From positions 1,504,001 to 1,568,000 of the forward strand of contig CAXXKM010000001.1 of assembly GCA_963664435.2 (NCBI GenBank): a DNA stretch of 64,000 bases, read 5' to 3'. The position numbers and the translations under genes are program-made. Shown here piece after piece: positions 9,882 to 19,360 of this stretch (position 1 is the first letter of the stretch; the number at the start of each line of letters is the position of its first letter). A model generated the notes under the pieces. The model ran no database searches. It was given only the letters and a program-made list of their open reading frames with translations, and was not told where the DNA came from. The DNA is from Longimicrobiales bacterium (GTDB lineage Bacteria; Gemmatimonadota; Gemmatimonadetes; Longimicrobiales; Gaopeijiaceae).

Positions 9882-10982
9882 TCAATCGAAGAGTATCTCC
9901 AGGTCGTCGGAGTTGTGACCGAACGTGCTGAGCAGCCGGTTACAACGTCGTTCGATCGCCTTGGCAGATAGATGCACATCGATGAAGTAGGGAGACCCCT
10001 CGATCTCGCTGGGGGCGCGTAGCTCTTCCGGATCAGCCGAAACCCAGGGAAGCTTTCTGCCACGTAGCTTCAAGGCCTTCTGGAACTCGCTTTCGTGCTT
10101 CTTGAAAAGGGCATGCGCTACGCCAACGAGCACTGCTCGGTGAGTGGTCACGCCGTGCCGCGTTCCCCAAAGCCGATATCCCTTGGGGCTCTTGCCTGCC
10201 GCCCTCCGTTTCTGTTTAGGTTGCCCAACATCAGCAGGTGGCTTCGCGTCGCCGTTCGACGGGTGTTGGTCGGTCGGACTCCCTGTCGCACTCCCCGGAA
10301 ACACAGTCCCGGCAGGCACGGGTTCGCCACGCAGAACGGAGATGATGAGTTCCGGAGCTGGTTGAAGACGCGTCTCGTCGTGAACCCGCCGCGACACCAA
10401 TTCGATGAGCTCCGGATCAGGACCCTTCCGCATTTCGCGCCAAACCTGGGGCGCCCTCTTCCGCAGCTTTTCAAGGTCACGAAGGGCGCGGAGTGCTTCC
10501 TTGGCCCGCTTTTCCGAGCGATGATCCAAGAGTTCTTCCCGCGACAGATAGCTCTCGAAGCTCGCCGCTACGCGTTCGGTCGAATCCGACTTGATGTCCA
10601 ACACCTCGAACCGCCTGCTGCTGGACGGCCCCTTCTCTCTGGGCAGGTAGAACCACCATTGCAGACCATCCGTAAGTGCGCAGATGTCCACACCCACGTG
10701 AAAGGCGTACTCGAGCACCTGATCCAGATGGTCATCAAGCTTTTTCCCGGGCGCCTTTACCTCGATGAACGCGACCACATGGGGCTTTCCGATGAGGGCG
10801 ATGTCGATTCGACGCTGCTTGTTCTTGCTGCCGGCGTTGAACTCCAGCTGGACGCGATCCGGATCGGCCTGATCCCATCCGAGAGCTGTCAGCGTCGGCA
10901 GGACTGCCTGTACTTTCGTGCTCTCCTCGTTGGGGGGCACGGGTAGTGACCGGATGCGGTCGATCGTCTCTCGCAGTGGCAT
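9882..10982 (-). CDS. HsdR-N-like PD-(D/E)XK nuclease with a SeqA-C-like C-terminal domain (putative restriction endonuclease)
   Basis: NEE.TK, LGWD, V.LEF, IDIAL, FIEVK, Q..EYA, LTDG..W.FY; SD GGAG before ATG 10982; less GC-biased than neighbours. Confidence 0.8.
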   Translation of the reverse strand: MPLRETIDRIRSLPVPPNEESTKVQAVLPTLTALGWDQADPDRVQLEFNAGSKNKQRRIDIALIGKPHVVAFIEVKAPGKKLDDHLDQVLEYAFHVGVDICALTDGLQWWFYLPREKGPSSSRRFEVLDIKSDSTERVAASFESYLSREELLDHRSEKRAKEALRALRDLEKLRKRAPQVWREMRKGPDPELIELVSRRVHDETRLQPAPELIISVLRGEPVPAGTVFPGSATGSPTDQHPSNGDAKPPADVGQPKQKRRAAGKSPKGYRLWGTRHGVTTHRAVLVGVAHALFKKHESEFQKALKLRGRKLPWVSADPEELRAPSEIEGSPYFIDVHLSAKAIERRCNRLLSTFGHNSDDLEILFD

Positions 10983-11175
10983 TCCTGGCTCCAGTGCGCA
11001 CGTTGGGGTCGAGCCCTCGGCACAGATCGAAGGAAACTGGGACGTTATCGTAAGAGCCTGCAAGTTCGCCATGCGACGCTGTCCAACCGGTCTTGCATCG
11101 GGTGACCATGATTCATCGGCCGAAACGAGAAGGCAGTAGCCACCACGCCATCACGCCCACAAACGCGAGTTCTCC

Positions 11176-11694
11176 ATGAACCATCCCGGCAACCCCTCCC
11201 TTCCGGTCGTCACCCGCTCGGTCACCGTCCGCGACTTCGTGGTCTTCCAGGCCAAGCTGGCGCTCGACGGGGTCAAGGATGCGGTCATGATCAGCCTGTC
11301 CATCATCGCGGTCGTGATCGACCTGATCGCCGGGGGCGGCAGGCGTCCGCGCCGATTCTACGCCGTCATCCGCCTGTGCTCGCGCTTCGACCGCTGGCTC
11401 AGGCTGCACAGCGCGAAGGGGTTCGACGAGACGGGAGAGCGGCTCTGGCCGGATCTGCCGGGCGGCGAGGCTCGTGAAGGGCGACGCATCCTGGGATCCG
11501 ACGCCGACACGCTGATCGAGAAGGTCGAGGAGCTGGCGCGGCGCGAGAGCAAGTCCGCGGAGCGCTGGCTGGACGATGCGATCGAGCGGCGGCGGGCCGG
11601 GGGGCGCACGCGCAAGGCCCCGGGCCGGGGAACCCCGGACTACGACCGCGACCTCGAGGACTTCGACCGCGACCTCAGGTCGGGCGGGCGCTGA
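11176..11694 (+). CDS. Hypothetical protein with one hydrophobic segment
   Basis: Host-like codon bias; FQAKLALDGVKDAVMI followed by a hydrophobic stretch. Confidence 0.7.
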   Translation: MNHPGNPSLPVVTRSVTVRDFVVFQAKLALDGVKDAVMISLSIIAVVIDLIAGGGRRPRRFYAVIRLCSRFDRWLRLHSAKGFDETGERLWPDLPGGEAREGRRILGSDADTLIEKVEELARRESKSAERWLDDAIERRRAGGRTRKAPGRGTPDYDRDLEDFDRDLRSGGR

Positions 11695-11752
11695 GGGACC
11701 TGCGTTCCCATCTCCACATCTCTGGCGCACATCCCCTCATCGGGGCAGTTTG

Positions 11753-11800
11753 CGAGGAGAATTCGGACTCGCTTCACGAGGAGCACTCGGACTCACTTCA
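11753..11800 (+). repeat. Imperfect 24-nt direct repeat x2 upstream of the TPR gene
   Basis: cgaggagaattcggactcgcttca / cgaggagcactcggactcacttca. Confidence 0.7.
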
Positions 11801-11812
11801 GGAGACTGCGCC

Positions 11813-13450
11813 ATGACCCGGAACCACCTTCGCTTCGTCCTCGCCTGCGTCTGTAGCACCGCGCCGGTCCTGCTCGCCCTGGCGCCGGCGCCCCTCTCCG
11901 CCCAACACGACGAGCACGGACCAGGTCCGGCTCCCGACGGCGAGGAGGTCCTGCTCATTTCCTCGGCCCTCGGGCCGTACTCGCGCACCATCACCACCGG
12001 CTCCGAGGCAGCGCAGGCCTACTTCGTGCAGGGCATGCAGCTCATGTACGCCTTCACGCCCTCGGACGCGAACCGCTCCTTCAAGGAAGCTCAGCGCCAC
12101 GATCCCGAGTGCGCGATGTGCTACTTCGGCGAAGCGTGGTCGCTGGGCCGCTATCTGAACGGCGCCATGCTGCCCGAGGACGCCCCCACCGCCTACGCCG
12201 CCATCCACAAGGCGAAGGAGCTGGCCGCACGGTCCGGCACCGAGATCGAGCGGGCCCTCATCAACGCGATGATCGTCCGCTACGCGCCCGAACACGAGGG
12301 CGACGAGCAGCGCCTCGAGCTGGACAAGGCGTACGCCGCCGCCATGGAGAAGGTGTGGGAGGCGCATCCCGGGGACCAGGAGGTGGGGACCTTCTACGGC
12401 GAGTCGCTCATGCTGCTCCAGCCCCGGCGCGGCTACTGGGACATCGAGAACCCCGAGGTGCAGAAGATCCACGCGGTGCTCGAACAGACGCTCGCGCTGA
12501 ACATCGCCCACCCGGGCGCGTGCCATCTCTACGTCCACGCGACCGAACCCACCGCCCGTCCCGGCAAGGCGGAGGCGTGCGCGGACCATCTCGGCCAGTC
12601 GATTCCCGGCGCGAGCCACATCCAGCACATGCCGTCCCATACCTACAACCGGATCGGGCGCTGGCACGACGCGGTGATCGCCAACACGCACGCCTGGCAC
12701 TCCGACCAGAAGGCCAACCACGACCTGGGCTTCGCCATCTACCCGTCGCACAACCTGCACATGCTGCTCTTCGCCGCCTCCATGGCGGGCGAGGGCGCGG
12801 TCGCCATGCAGGCCTCGCGCAACTACGGCAGGCTCGTGTCGGGCGGCAGCTTCTACGAGTCGCTCACCGGCGTCCGCTTCGGTCTCTGGGAGGACGTGCT
12901 TGCCATCGAGGAGCAGCCCGAGCAGCCCCTCTTCGCGGGCTTCTGGGACTTCGGGCGCGGCTTCGCCCATCTGCGCATGGAACGGCCCGACAGCGCCGCG
13001 TTCTACATGGAGCGGCTGAGGGAGGCGCGCGGCGAGCTCGAGGACGAGGCGCCCTTCCGCGGGCACTCGGCCGTCGATCTCATCACCGTCGTGGGCGGGA
13101 TTCTCGAGGGCGAGATCCTTGCCGCCGAAGGCGATGTCGACGGGGCCGTGCGCGTGCTCGAGGAGGCCATCGAGGTCGAGGACGGCCTCCGCTACGACGA
13201 GCCCGAGCCCCTGAACTTCGCGGCGCGCCACTGGCTGGGCGCCATCCTGAACGACGCCGGACGCCACGCGGAGGCCGAAGACGTGTTCCGCGCCGCGCTC
13301 GTGGACCATCCGCACAACGGCTGGTCGCTCTTCGGGCTGGAGCGGGCGCTGCGGGCCCAGGGCCGCGACGCGGACGCCGACGAGGTGCTGGCCGAGCGCA
13401 TGGAGTACTGGGCCAACGCCGATGTCTGGCTGATGTCGGCGCGCTTCTAG
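11813..13450 (+). CDS. Exported TPR-containing protein
   Basis: SD GGAG; signal peptide ending LSA-Q; AQ.YF.QG, DP.CAMCY.GEA, HPGA.HLY.H, HMPSH.Y.R.G, P.NGWSL.GL. Confidence 0.8.
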   Translation: MTRNHLRFVLACVCSTAPVLLALAPAPLSAQHDEHGPGPAPDGEEVLLISSALGPYSRTITTGSEAAQAYFVQGMQLMYAFTPSDANRSFKEAQRHDPECAMCYFGEAWSLGRYLNGAMLPEDAPTAYAAIHKAKELAARSGTEIERALINAMIVRYAPEHEGDEQRLELDKAYAAAMEKVWEAHPGDQEVGTFYGESLMLLQPRRGYWDIENPEVQKIHAVLEQTLALNIAHPGACHLYVHATEPTARPGKAEACADHLGQSIPGASHIQHMPSHTYNRIGRWHDAVIANTHAWHSDQKANHDLGFAIYPSHNLHMLLFAASMAGEGAVAMQASRNYGRLVSGGSFYESLTGVRFGLWEDVLAIEEQPEQPLFAGFWDFGRGFAHLRMERPDSAAFYMERLREARGELEDEAPFRGHSAVDLITVVGGILEGEILAAEGDVDGAVRVLEEAIEVEDGLRYDEPEPLNFAARHWLGAILNDAGRHAEAEDVFRAALVDHPHNGWSLFGLERALRAQGRDADADEVLAERMEYWANADVWLMSARF

Positions 13451-13540
13451 ATGCCGACGCGTTTCCAGATGCCGACGCGCTTCCAGATGCGGGGGCGCTT
13501 CCAGATGCGGGGGCGCTTCCAGATGCCGGCGCGCTTCCGG
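13433..13540 (+). repeat. 18-nt tandem repeat x6 whose first unit is the last six codons of the TPR gene
   Basis: atgtcggcgcgcttctag, atgccgacgcgtttccag, atgccgacgcgcttccag, atgcgggggcgcttccag x2, atgccggcgcgcttccgg. Confidence 0.9.
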
Positions 13541-13557
13541 ATGCTAGGGTGCCGCTG

Positions 13558-14439
13558 ATGACGGCGCGGGGCGCGCTTCGGGCCGCCAGGACGCTCATCC
13601 CGTCGGGCAGGACGCGCATGTGGGCGCTCGTCCTGGCCACGATATGGACGGGCGCCTCGGCGGTCCTCGCGAGCCCGGCAAGCGCGCAGCGGTGGGGACG
13701 CGGCTGGGGCCGGCGCGCGCCCATGGCCAACCCGGGCGAGGCCGCCGAGTTCGGCTTCACCTTCTGCCGCATCGCCTACCGAAGCGTGCGCAACGAGGCT
13801 CTGGGCCAGGGCTGGCGCACCGACTACCCCAACTCGGACGCCAACTTCTCCCTGCGCTTTTCGCAGCTCACCACCAGCGCGGTCAGCCGCTCCGAGGACG
13901 GGGAGCCCTTCTACGCGGTCGTATCCCTGGAGGACGATCAGATCTTCGAGTGTCCCTTCGTCTTCATGTCGGACGTGGGGACGGTCGGCTTCGACGCCGA
14001 AGAGATCGAGCGCCTGCGCACCTATCTCCTGAAGGGCGGCTTTCTCTACGTGGACGACTTCTGGGGCGAGCGCGCCTGGCAGCACTGGGAGCAGGTCATG
14101 CTGGAGGTGCTCCCCGATCACTTCATCCAGGACGTTCCGAGCGATCACCTGCTCCTGAACGGGCTCTACCAGGTCCGGAACGTGCCGCAGGTGCCCTCGA
14201 TCCAGTACTGGTACCGGACGGGGCGCCAGGCGACCTCGGAGCGGGGGTTCGAGAGCGCCGAAGTACACTTCCGCGCGATCTTCGACGAGGACGGGCGGGC
14301 GATGGTGGTCATGACCCACAACACCGACATCGCGGACGGCTGGGAGCGCGAGGGCGAGGACGAGTCGTTCTTCTTCCGGTTCTCCCCGGAGTCGTACGCG
14401 CTCGGCATCAACATCGTGCTGTATGCGCTGACGCACTGA
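13558..14439 (+). CDS. DUF4159-family protein
   Basis: FTFCRI.Y, W.TDYP, LR.YL.KGGF..VDDFWG, NTDI.DGWE, G.NIV.YALTH. Alternative start 13618. Confidence 0.85.
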   Translation: MTARGALRAARTLIPSGRTRMWALVLATIWTGASAVLASPASAQRWGRGWGRRAPMANPGEAAEFGFTFCRIAYRSVRNEALGQGWRTDYPNSDANFSLRFSQLTTSAVSRSEDGEPFYAVVSLEDDQIFECPFVFMSDVGTVGFDAEEIERLRTYLLKGGFLYVDDFWGERAWQHWEQVMLEVLPDHFIQDVPSDHLLLNGLYQVRNVPQVPSIQYWYRTGRQATSERGFESAEVHFRAIFDEDGRAMVVMTHNTDIADGWEREGEDESFFFRFSPESYALGINIVLYALTH

Positions 14440-14482
14440 TGATTACTGGTGATATCACTAGCATCTACTGATGATATGGTAG
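14439..14482 (+). other. Chained mini-ORFs [10 protein letters not shown] (14439-14471) and MIW (14471-14482), containing the palindrome GTGATATCAC
   Basis: TGATG at 14437-14441 and 14469-14473; the last TAG overlaps ATG 14476. Confidence 0.4.
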
Positions 14483-16776
14483 AGGCCCGGCAACCCCAAG
14501 GTATTACGCTGCGAACGACGTGTCCCGCGGTGACGCCGGCACCGGCCGCCTCACTGCTCGTGGCGCTCGCCCTGGCCGCACCGCTCGCCATCGCCGCATC
14601 GCTCGCCCTGGCCGCATCGCTCGCCCTGGCCGCACCGCTCGCCGGGCAGGAGACGGTGCGCCTGGTTGCCGAGCAGGTGGAAGCCGGGCGCGGGGTGTAC
14701 GACCGCGCGTGCGCGGAATGCCACCGAGCCGACCTGAGCGGCGACTTCGAGGCGCCCGAGCTGGCGGGCAGGAACTTCCGAACCGCCTGGCGCGGCGCCG
14801 CGCTCGGCGAGCTGCTGGCCGTGGTGCGCGACATGCCCCCGGAGGAGCCCGGAACCCTGAGCGAGGCGCAGTACCTGGCGGTGACCGCCTTCCTGCTCTC
14901 GGCCAACGGGGCGGCCGCCGACCTGGGCGCGCTCGCCGACGAGCAGGCGATCGACGACGTGCTGGCAGGGGCGGGTGCGGCAGGCGCCGGAGCCGGGGGC
15001 GCGGGACGCGCCGGTCAGGCCGCCACCGGCCCGGAGGCACCACCTGCGACCGGCGACCCCGCAGGCGAGGGCGTTCCCACCTCCCCGGCCGCCGGCCCGG
15101 AGGAGTTGGTGCGCGCCACCGGCCTCACCACCGTGGAGGGCAGCATCGGCCCTCTTCCGCCGGTGACCGACGCGATGTTGCGCGACCCGGATCCCGCCGA
15201 CTGGCTCATGTACCGCCGCACCTACGACGCGTGGGGGTACAGCCCGCTCGACCAGATCCGGCGCGATAACGTCACCGACCTGGAGCTGGCGTGGGTGTGG
15301 GCCATGGCCGACGGGACCAGCCAGCCCACGCCGCTGGTGCTCGACGGGATCATGTTCCTCGCCAACCCGGGCAACGTCATCCAGGCGCTCGACGCCGCCA
15401 CCGGCGACCTGCTGTGGGAGTACCGGCGCCAGTTCCCCGACCACATCCGTCCGGGCGGCTTCGACCAGCTGCGCAATCTGGCCCTCTACCAGGACAAGGT
15501 GTTCCTCGCCACGAAGGACGCGAGCGTGGTCGCCCTCGACGCGCGCACCGGCAGGACCGTGTGGGACACCCAGGTCGCCGATCCCCGCAAGGGCTACACC
15601 AACGTCGCCGGCCCCCTCGTGGTGGAGGGGCTGGTGGTCAACGGCATCAACGGGTGCGGGCGCTTCCACGAGGACAGCTGCTTCATCACCGCGCACGACG
15701 CCGACACCGGGGAGGAGGTGTGGCGGACCTACACCATCGCGCGTCCGGGCGAGCCCGGCGGCGACACCTGGGGCGACCTGCCCCTCCACCTGCGGGGCGG
15801 CGGGGATGCGTGGACCACCGGCAGCTACGACCCGGCGCTCGGGCTCATCTACTGGGGGACGGCCCAGGCCAAGCCCTGGGTGCCCGCCAGCCGCGGGCTC
15901 AGCGCAGCCGACCCGGCGCTCTATACCAGTTCCACCCTCGCCATGAGGGTTGCCGACGGCTCGCTGGCCTGGTATCGCCAGCACGTCCCCGGCGAGGCCC
16001 TCGACCTCGACGAGGCCTTCGAGCAGCTGCTGGTCGACGTCGATGGCCGCAGGCTCCTCTTCGCCATCGGCAAGCACGGCATCTTCTGGAAGCTCGACCG
16101 CGAAACGGGCGAGTTCCTCGAGCACCGCGAGACCGTCTACCAGAACGTCTTCGACCACATCGACCCGAAGACCGGAGAGGTCACCTACCGCGCCGACATC
16201 ATGAAGGCCGGGGTGGGCGAGTGGATCTCCGTTTGCCCCAGCACAGCGGGCGGTCACAACTGGCACGCGATGGCGTACAGCCCGGAGAACGGCCTGCTCG
16301 TCACCCCGCTCTCACAGAGCTGCCTCGAGATCTCCGGCCGCGAGATCGCCATGGAGGTGGGTTCGGGCGGCACCGGCGCCGACCGCGACTGGGCCGAAAT
16401 GCCCGGCACCGACGGCCGGCTGGGCAAGTTGGCCGCCTACGACGTGCGCACCCTCGAGGAGGTCTGGAGCGTCGAGCAGCGCGCCTCCTTCCTCACCGCG
16501 GCCCTCACCACCGGCGGCGGCCTCGCCTTCGCGGGCGACGTCGACCGCTACTTCCGCGCCTACGACGTCGAAAGCGGCGAGGCGCTATGGGAAACCCGGC
16601 TGGGCACCTCCGTCCAGGGCTTCCCCGTGACCTTCTCGGTCAGGGGCGAACAGTACCTGGCCGTCAGCACCGGCCTCGGCGGCGGCAGCCCCCGCATCGT
16701 GCCCCGGCTGCTGGCCCCGGAGATCCGCCATCCGGCCTCCGGGAACGCGCTGTACGTCTTCAGGTTGCGGGATTGA
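14476..16776 (+). CDS. PQQ-type beta-propeller dehydrogenase with N-terminal cytochrome c domain
   Basis: CAECH heme motif; DWLMYRR.Y..WGYSPL.QI...NV..L.LAW; repeated ALDA.TG..W blades; NALYVFRL C-terminus. Start uncertain. Confidence 0.9.
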   Translation: MVEARQPQGITLRTTCPAVTPAPAASLLVALALAAPLAIAASLALAASLALAAPLAGQETVRLVAEQVEAGRGVYDRACAECHRADLSGDFEAPELAGRNFRTAWRGAALGELLAVVRDMPPEEPGTLSEAQYLAVTAFLLSANGAAADLGALADEQAIDDVLAGAGAAGAGAGGAGRAGQAATGPEAPPATGDPAGEGVPTSPAAGPEELVRATGLTTVEGSIGPLPPVTDAMLRDPDPADWLMYRRTYDAWGYSPLDQIRRDNVTDLELAWVWAMADGTSQPTPLVLDGIMFLANPGNVIQALDAATGDLLWEYRRQFPDHIRPGGFDQLRNLALYQDKVFLATKDASVVALDARTGRTVWDTQVADPRKGYTNVAGPLVVEGLVVNGINGCGRFHEDSCFITAHDADTGEEVWRTYTIARPGEPGGDTWGDLPLHLRGGGDAWTTGSYDPALGLIYWGTAQAKPWVPASRGLSAADPALYTSSTLAMRVADGSLAWYRQHVPGEALDLDEAFEQLLVDVDGRRLLFAIGKHGIFWKLDRETGEFLEHRETVYQNVFDHIDPKTGEVTYRADIMKAGVGEWISVCPSTAGGHNWHAMAYSPENGLLVTPLSQSCLEISGREIAMEVGSGGTGADRDWAEMPGTDGRLGKLAAYDVRTLEEVWSVEQRASFLTAALTTGGGLAFAGDVDRYFRAYDVESGEALWETRLGTSVQGFPVTFSVRGEQYLAVSTGLGGGSPRIVPRLLAPEIRHPASGNALYVFRLRD
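14564..14643 (+). repeat. 18-nt in-frame tandem repeat (about 4.4 copies) in the signal peptide
   Basis: cgctcgccctggccgca(c/t) units encoding [24 protein letters not shown]. Confidence 0.85.
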
Positions 16777-16827
16777 GTCCGGGAATCGTGCCTCCAGCGA
16801 TTCCTGCTCGCCTTGTCGCTCACCAGC

Positions 16828-16970
16828 TCAACCCCGAGTCTCCAGCGACTCCTCCATGGCTTCCCGGGCAGCCGCCTCGATCGACCAGGGACCCTCGTGA
16901 ACCGCACGGTGATGCCGCCGGCAAAGCAGCAGCGTGTTCCGGAGGCTCGTCTCGCCCCCGTCGGCCCAGT
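16828..16970 (-). pseudogene. HNH endonuclease C-terminal remnant (DUF222/HNH-type)
   Basis: WADGGETSLRNTLLLCRRHHRAVHEG with no recognisable N-terminal part. Confidence 0.75.
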
Positions 16971-17165
16971 ACAATCTGCCATTCTCGCCGGGTGGGCCAT
17001 ACCTTGTGCTGCCGTACCAGACTAGCGAGAAGAATCGGACCACGTGGCAGGAAGTCGTGTTGAGCGGCGTGGCTCTGCCGGTGAGCCGACTACACTGCGT
17101 CAACCGACCGAGCTGGGTGAGAGTGTGCGCAGGGTCTCGCTGTGCGAGGCGGGAGAGGAAAGAAC

Positions 17166-17817
17166 ATGGACAACGTCATCGCCGGCATCGTGCTGGCGCT
17201 GATCGGCTTGGCGGTACAACCTCCCGTGAACGGGATCGCCGTCAGCGCCGGCCCGCACTTCTCGCACTACGGCGAGGAACGGACTCTCGGCATGGCGGCG
17301 ACCGTCGCGGCCACCACGTCTTGGGGCCTAGAGCTGGGTGTCGCGTACGCACGCAGGGGCTACGACGACACGAACTGCGTGCGCGGGACGATTTCCCCCC
17401 CCCGACTCCGCAATGGGCATGGACTTCGGGGGAGTGCCGCCCTGCTTCGGTGATGTCCAGCACTTCCACAGGCGGGTCGACTACATCGACGCGAAGCTCC
17501 TCTGGAGACACGACCTCCTGGCGGCTGATCGGCTTACCCTGAATCTCTTGTTCGGCGGACTCGCTGGATTCGCGAGCAGCTGCCTCAACGAGCCCCTCGA
17601 CTCCCATCCAGTCGGCGACTGCCTCACGGACGGTGACGACGTGATTGCCGGACTCGTCGCGGGTGGGGGCACACAGGTTCACATCGCACGCCGACTCGAT
17701 GCCACGCTGGATTTCCAGTTCGCGCACGAGCTCGCTTTCACGCAAAAGGAGTACGCGCATGGCAGGGAGGGGTATCGCACCTTTTCTCTGCTCGGGGGCA
17801 TCACCTACCGGCCGTAG
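17166..17817 (+). pseudogene. Small outer-membrane beta-barrel protein split by a frameshift in a C9 tract
   Basis: SD-preceded ATG 17166, signal-like N-terminus, LELGVAYARRG; the +1 frame continues VDYID..LL to GGITYRP; junction at poly-C 17395-17403. Confidence 0.7.
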
Positions 17818-17972
17818 GTTGGGATCAGGCTGTAGTCTCGACACAGCCCATCAGTCCGAAAACACGCTCCCGGGCTGGGAGTGCCGGTGGCGTGAAGTGC
17901 GGCAGGAAGTCACATAAGTTAATACAGGACTGCACGATCTGCGTTTCTTTGCCGTTGCCGCGGCGGAATCCA

Positions 17973-18028
17973 TGTTACCGGCCATGTAAAACTTCACAGA
18001 AGTAGCCGTCCAAATCTGCACACTTCCG
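17973..18028. mobile_element. Orphan IS21-family-like terminal sequence
   Basis: Starts TGT; two related internal motifs at 24-nt period (gccatgtaaaacttcaca / gccgtccaaatctgcaca); no istA/istB nearby. Confidence 0.5.
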
Positions 18029-18146
18029 GGTCCGGCGGGCGGTGGCGGTAGGGGGTTGGACCCGAGGTTGGCGGGTATTCCGGGGCTGGCTGGGCACTCT
18101 TGCGTCTCCATTGAACGGAGGAGACGCGGTGATCGGAGGAGGTCCC

Positions 18147-18563
18147 ATGTCCCGTACCGTATTGCTCGCACTCTTGCTCGCAGTTCCCCTCAACGCGCAG
18201 AACCAAGAGGCTCCAGAAGACTCCGGGTTGTACTGGTACGAGAAGGCCGCCGTCGAAGGGTTCCTCACCGGCGCTGTACTAGGGGGGCTCGTCGGCGTGA
18301 TCTACTGTAACTTGGAACCCGACTACATGGATGTCGCGCCACCTCCTGGTAACTGCGAGAACGACCAACGAGAGAGAGAGAGCGTCAAGGCCAGCGCCAC
18401 GATGGCGTTGATTGGATCCCTGGTAGGGATTCCTGTCGGTCTGTGGCTCGGCTCCATCAGGCGAGACGGTGGCAAGGATACCGGAACCAAGCTGCGCGTC
18501 GGACCGGATCCGTATCGGCCGGGAAGGGTCAGCGTCGAGATCCGTCTGCCACTCCAACCCTAA
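18147..18563 (+). CDS. Hypothetical exported/membrane protein with two Gly-rich hydrophobic helices
   Basis: SD GGAGGAGG; signal peptide ending LNA-Q; GFLTGAVLGGLVG and IGSLVGIPVGLWLG flank a Cys pair. Confidence 0.7.
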   Translation: MSRTVLLALLLAVPLNAQNQEAPEDSGLYWYEKAAVEGFLTGAVLGGLVGVIYCNLEPDYMDVAPPPGNCENDQRERESVKASATMALIGSLVGIPVGLWLGSIRRDGGKDTGTKLRVGPDPYRPGRVSVEIRLPLQP

Positions 18564-18641
18564 CGGGCCTACACAACAACACGCAGCACCGGGCGGAGGA
18601 GGCCCGCGTCCTGGCCAACACGCTGGATGACGACGGGGAAC

Positions 18642-19253
18642 ATGAGAACGTTATCCTTGCTTGCCCTGCTTTCTCTAGCGGCGTGCCGCGATGCGGTCGT
18701 CCCGGTTCCGCCCCCACCGCCCCCGACCCTCACTGTGACGGCCAGGCTTGGCAGGGCCCCGTTTGAGTGGGAATGGCCCTTTGGCTCGGACAACACCGTG
18801 TTGGTCAACAGCTCGCTCGACGACGAGGCCGGCCTCGCCGGCATCGAAGTAGAGATCACCGATGTCGCTGCTGATGGTTTCGTGCGAACGCATCGCTTCG
18901 ACGCTAGCAAGATCAAGGAGGGCGTGACGCCCTACGATGTACCGGAGAGCGGCACCGCGTACGCACTACTGCGGCTGACCCAGCACGATAGCGTCGTCGC
19001 GATGGGTGTTGCCGAATGGCCCCTCCGGCCGGAGATCCGGTGGGAGGTAGAGGTTCAACGATCTCCCTATCCGGCGACGACGGGCATATCGCCTGCGGAT
19101 CTCGGCAAGGCGCAACATGATTGCAGCTGGCGGTGGTGCGACCATATCTGGCGCTTCGACATCAGTGAGGATGCCTTGAACTATCCCGACGAGACGCTCT
19201 GGCTGGTGCTGTGGGGCTTCTGGGACTGCCCGCCGGGTGTCATCTGTTTCTGA
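18642..19253 (+). CDS. Hypothetical lipoprotein (paralog 1)
   Basis: Lipobox LAAC, poly-Pro linker, C-terminal NYPDETLW...CPPGVICF. Confidence 0.75.
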   Translation: MRTLSLLALLSLAACRDAVVPVPPPPPPTLTVTARLGRAPFEWEWPFGSDNTVLVNSSLDDEAGLAGIEVEITDVAADGFVRTHRFDASKIKEGVTPYDVPESGTAYALLRLTQHDSVVAMGVAEWPLRPEIRWEVEVQRSPYPATTGISPADLGKAQHDCSWRWCDHIWRFDISEDALNYPDETLWLVLWGFWDCPPGVICF

Positions 19254-19360
19254 GCGGCTGGCCGTGCCGGGAAACTCTCACGCGACCGGATCCCACGCGG
19301 ACAACCGACAGGCTGGAACGCGGGCGGCATTCGCGCGACGCGGAGGAACAACGCAGGAAC

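Noticed and set aside
13448..13450. Amber read-through (pyrrolysine) of the TPR gene into the in-frame repeat ORF
   Set aside because: The protein ends naturally at SARF, the extension is repeat-derived, and no pyl genes are in the window.
12109..14439. 776-aa ORF as one protein
   Set aside because: The N-terminal part is an off-frame shadow of the TPR gene; only 13558 onward looks like DUF4159.
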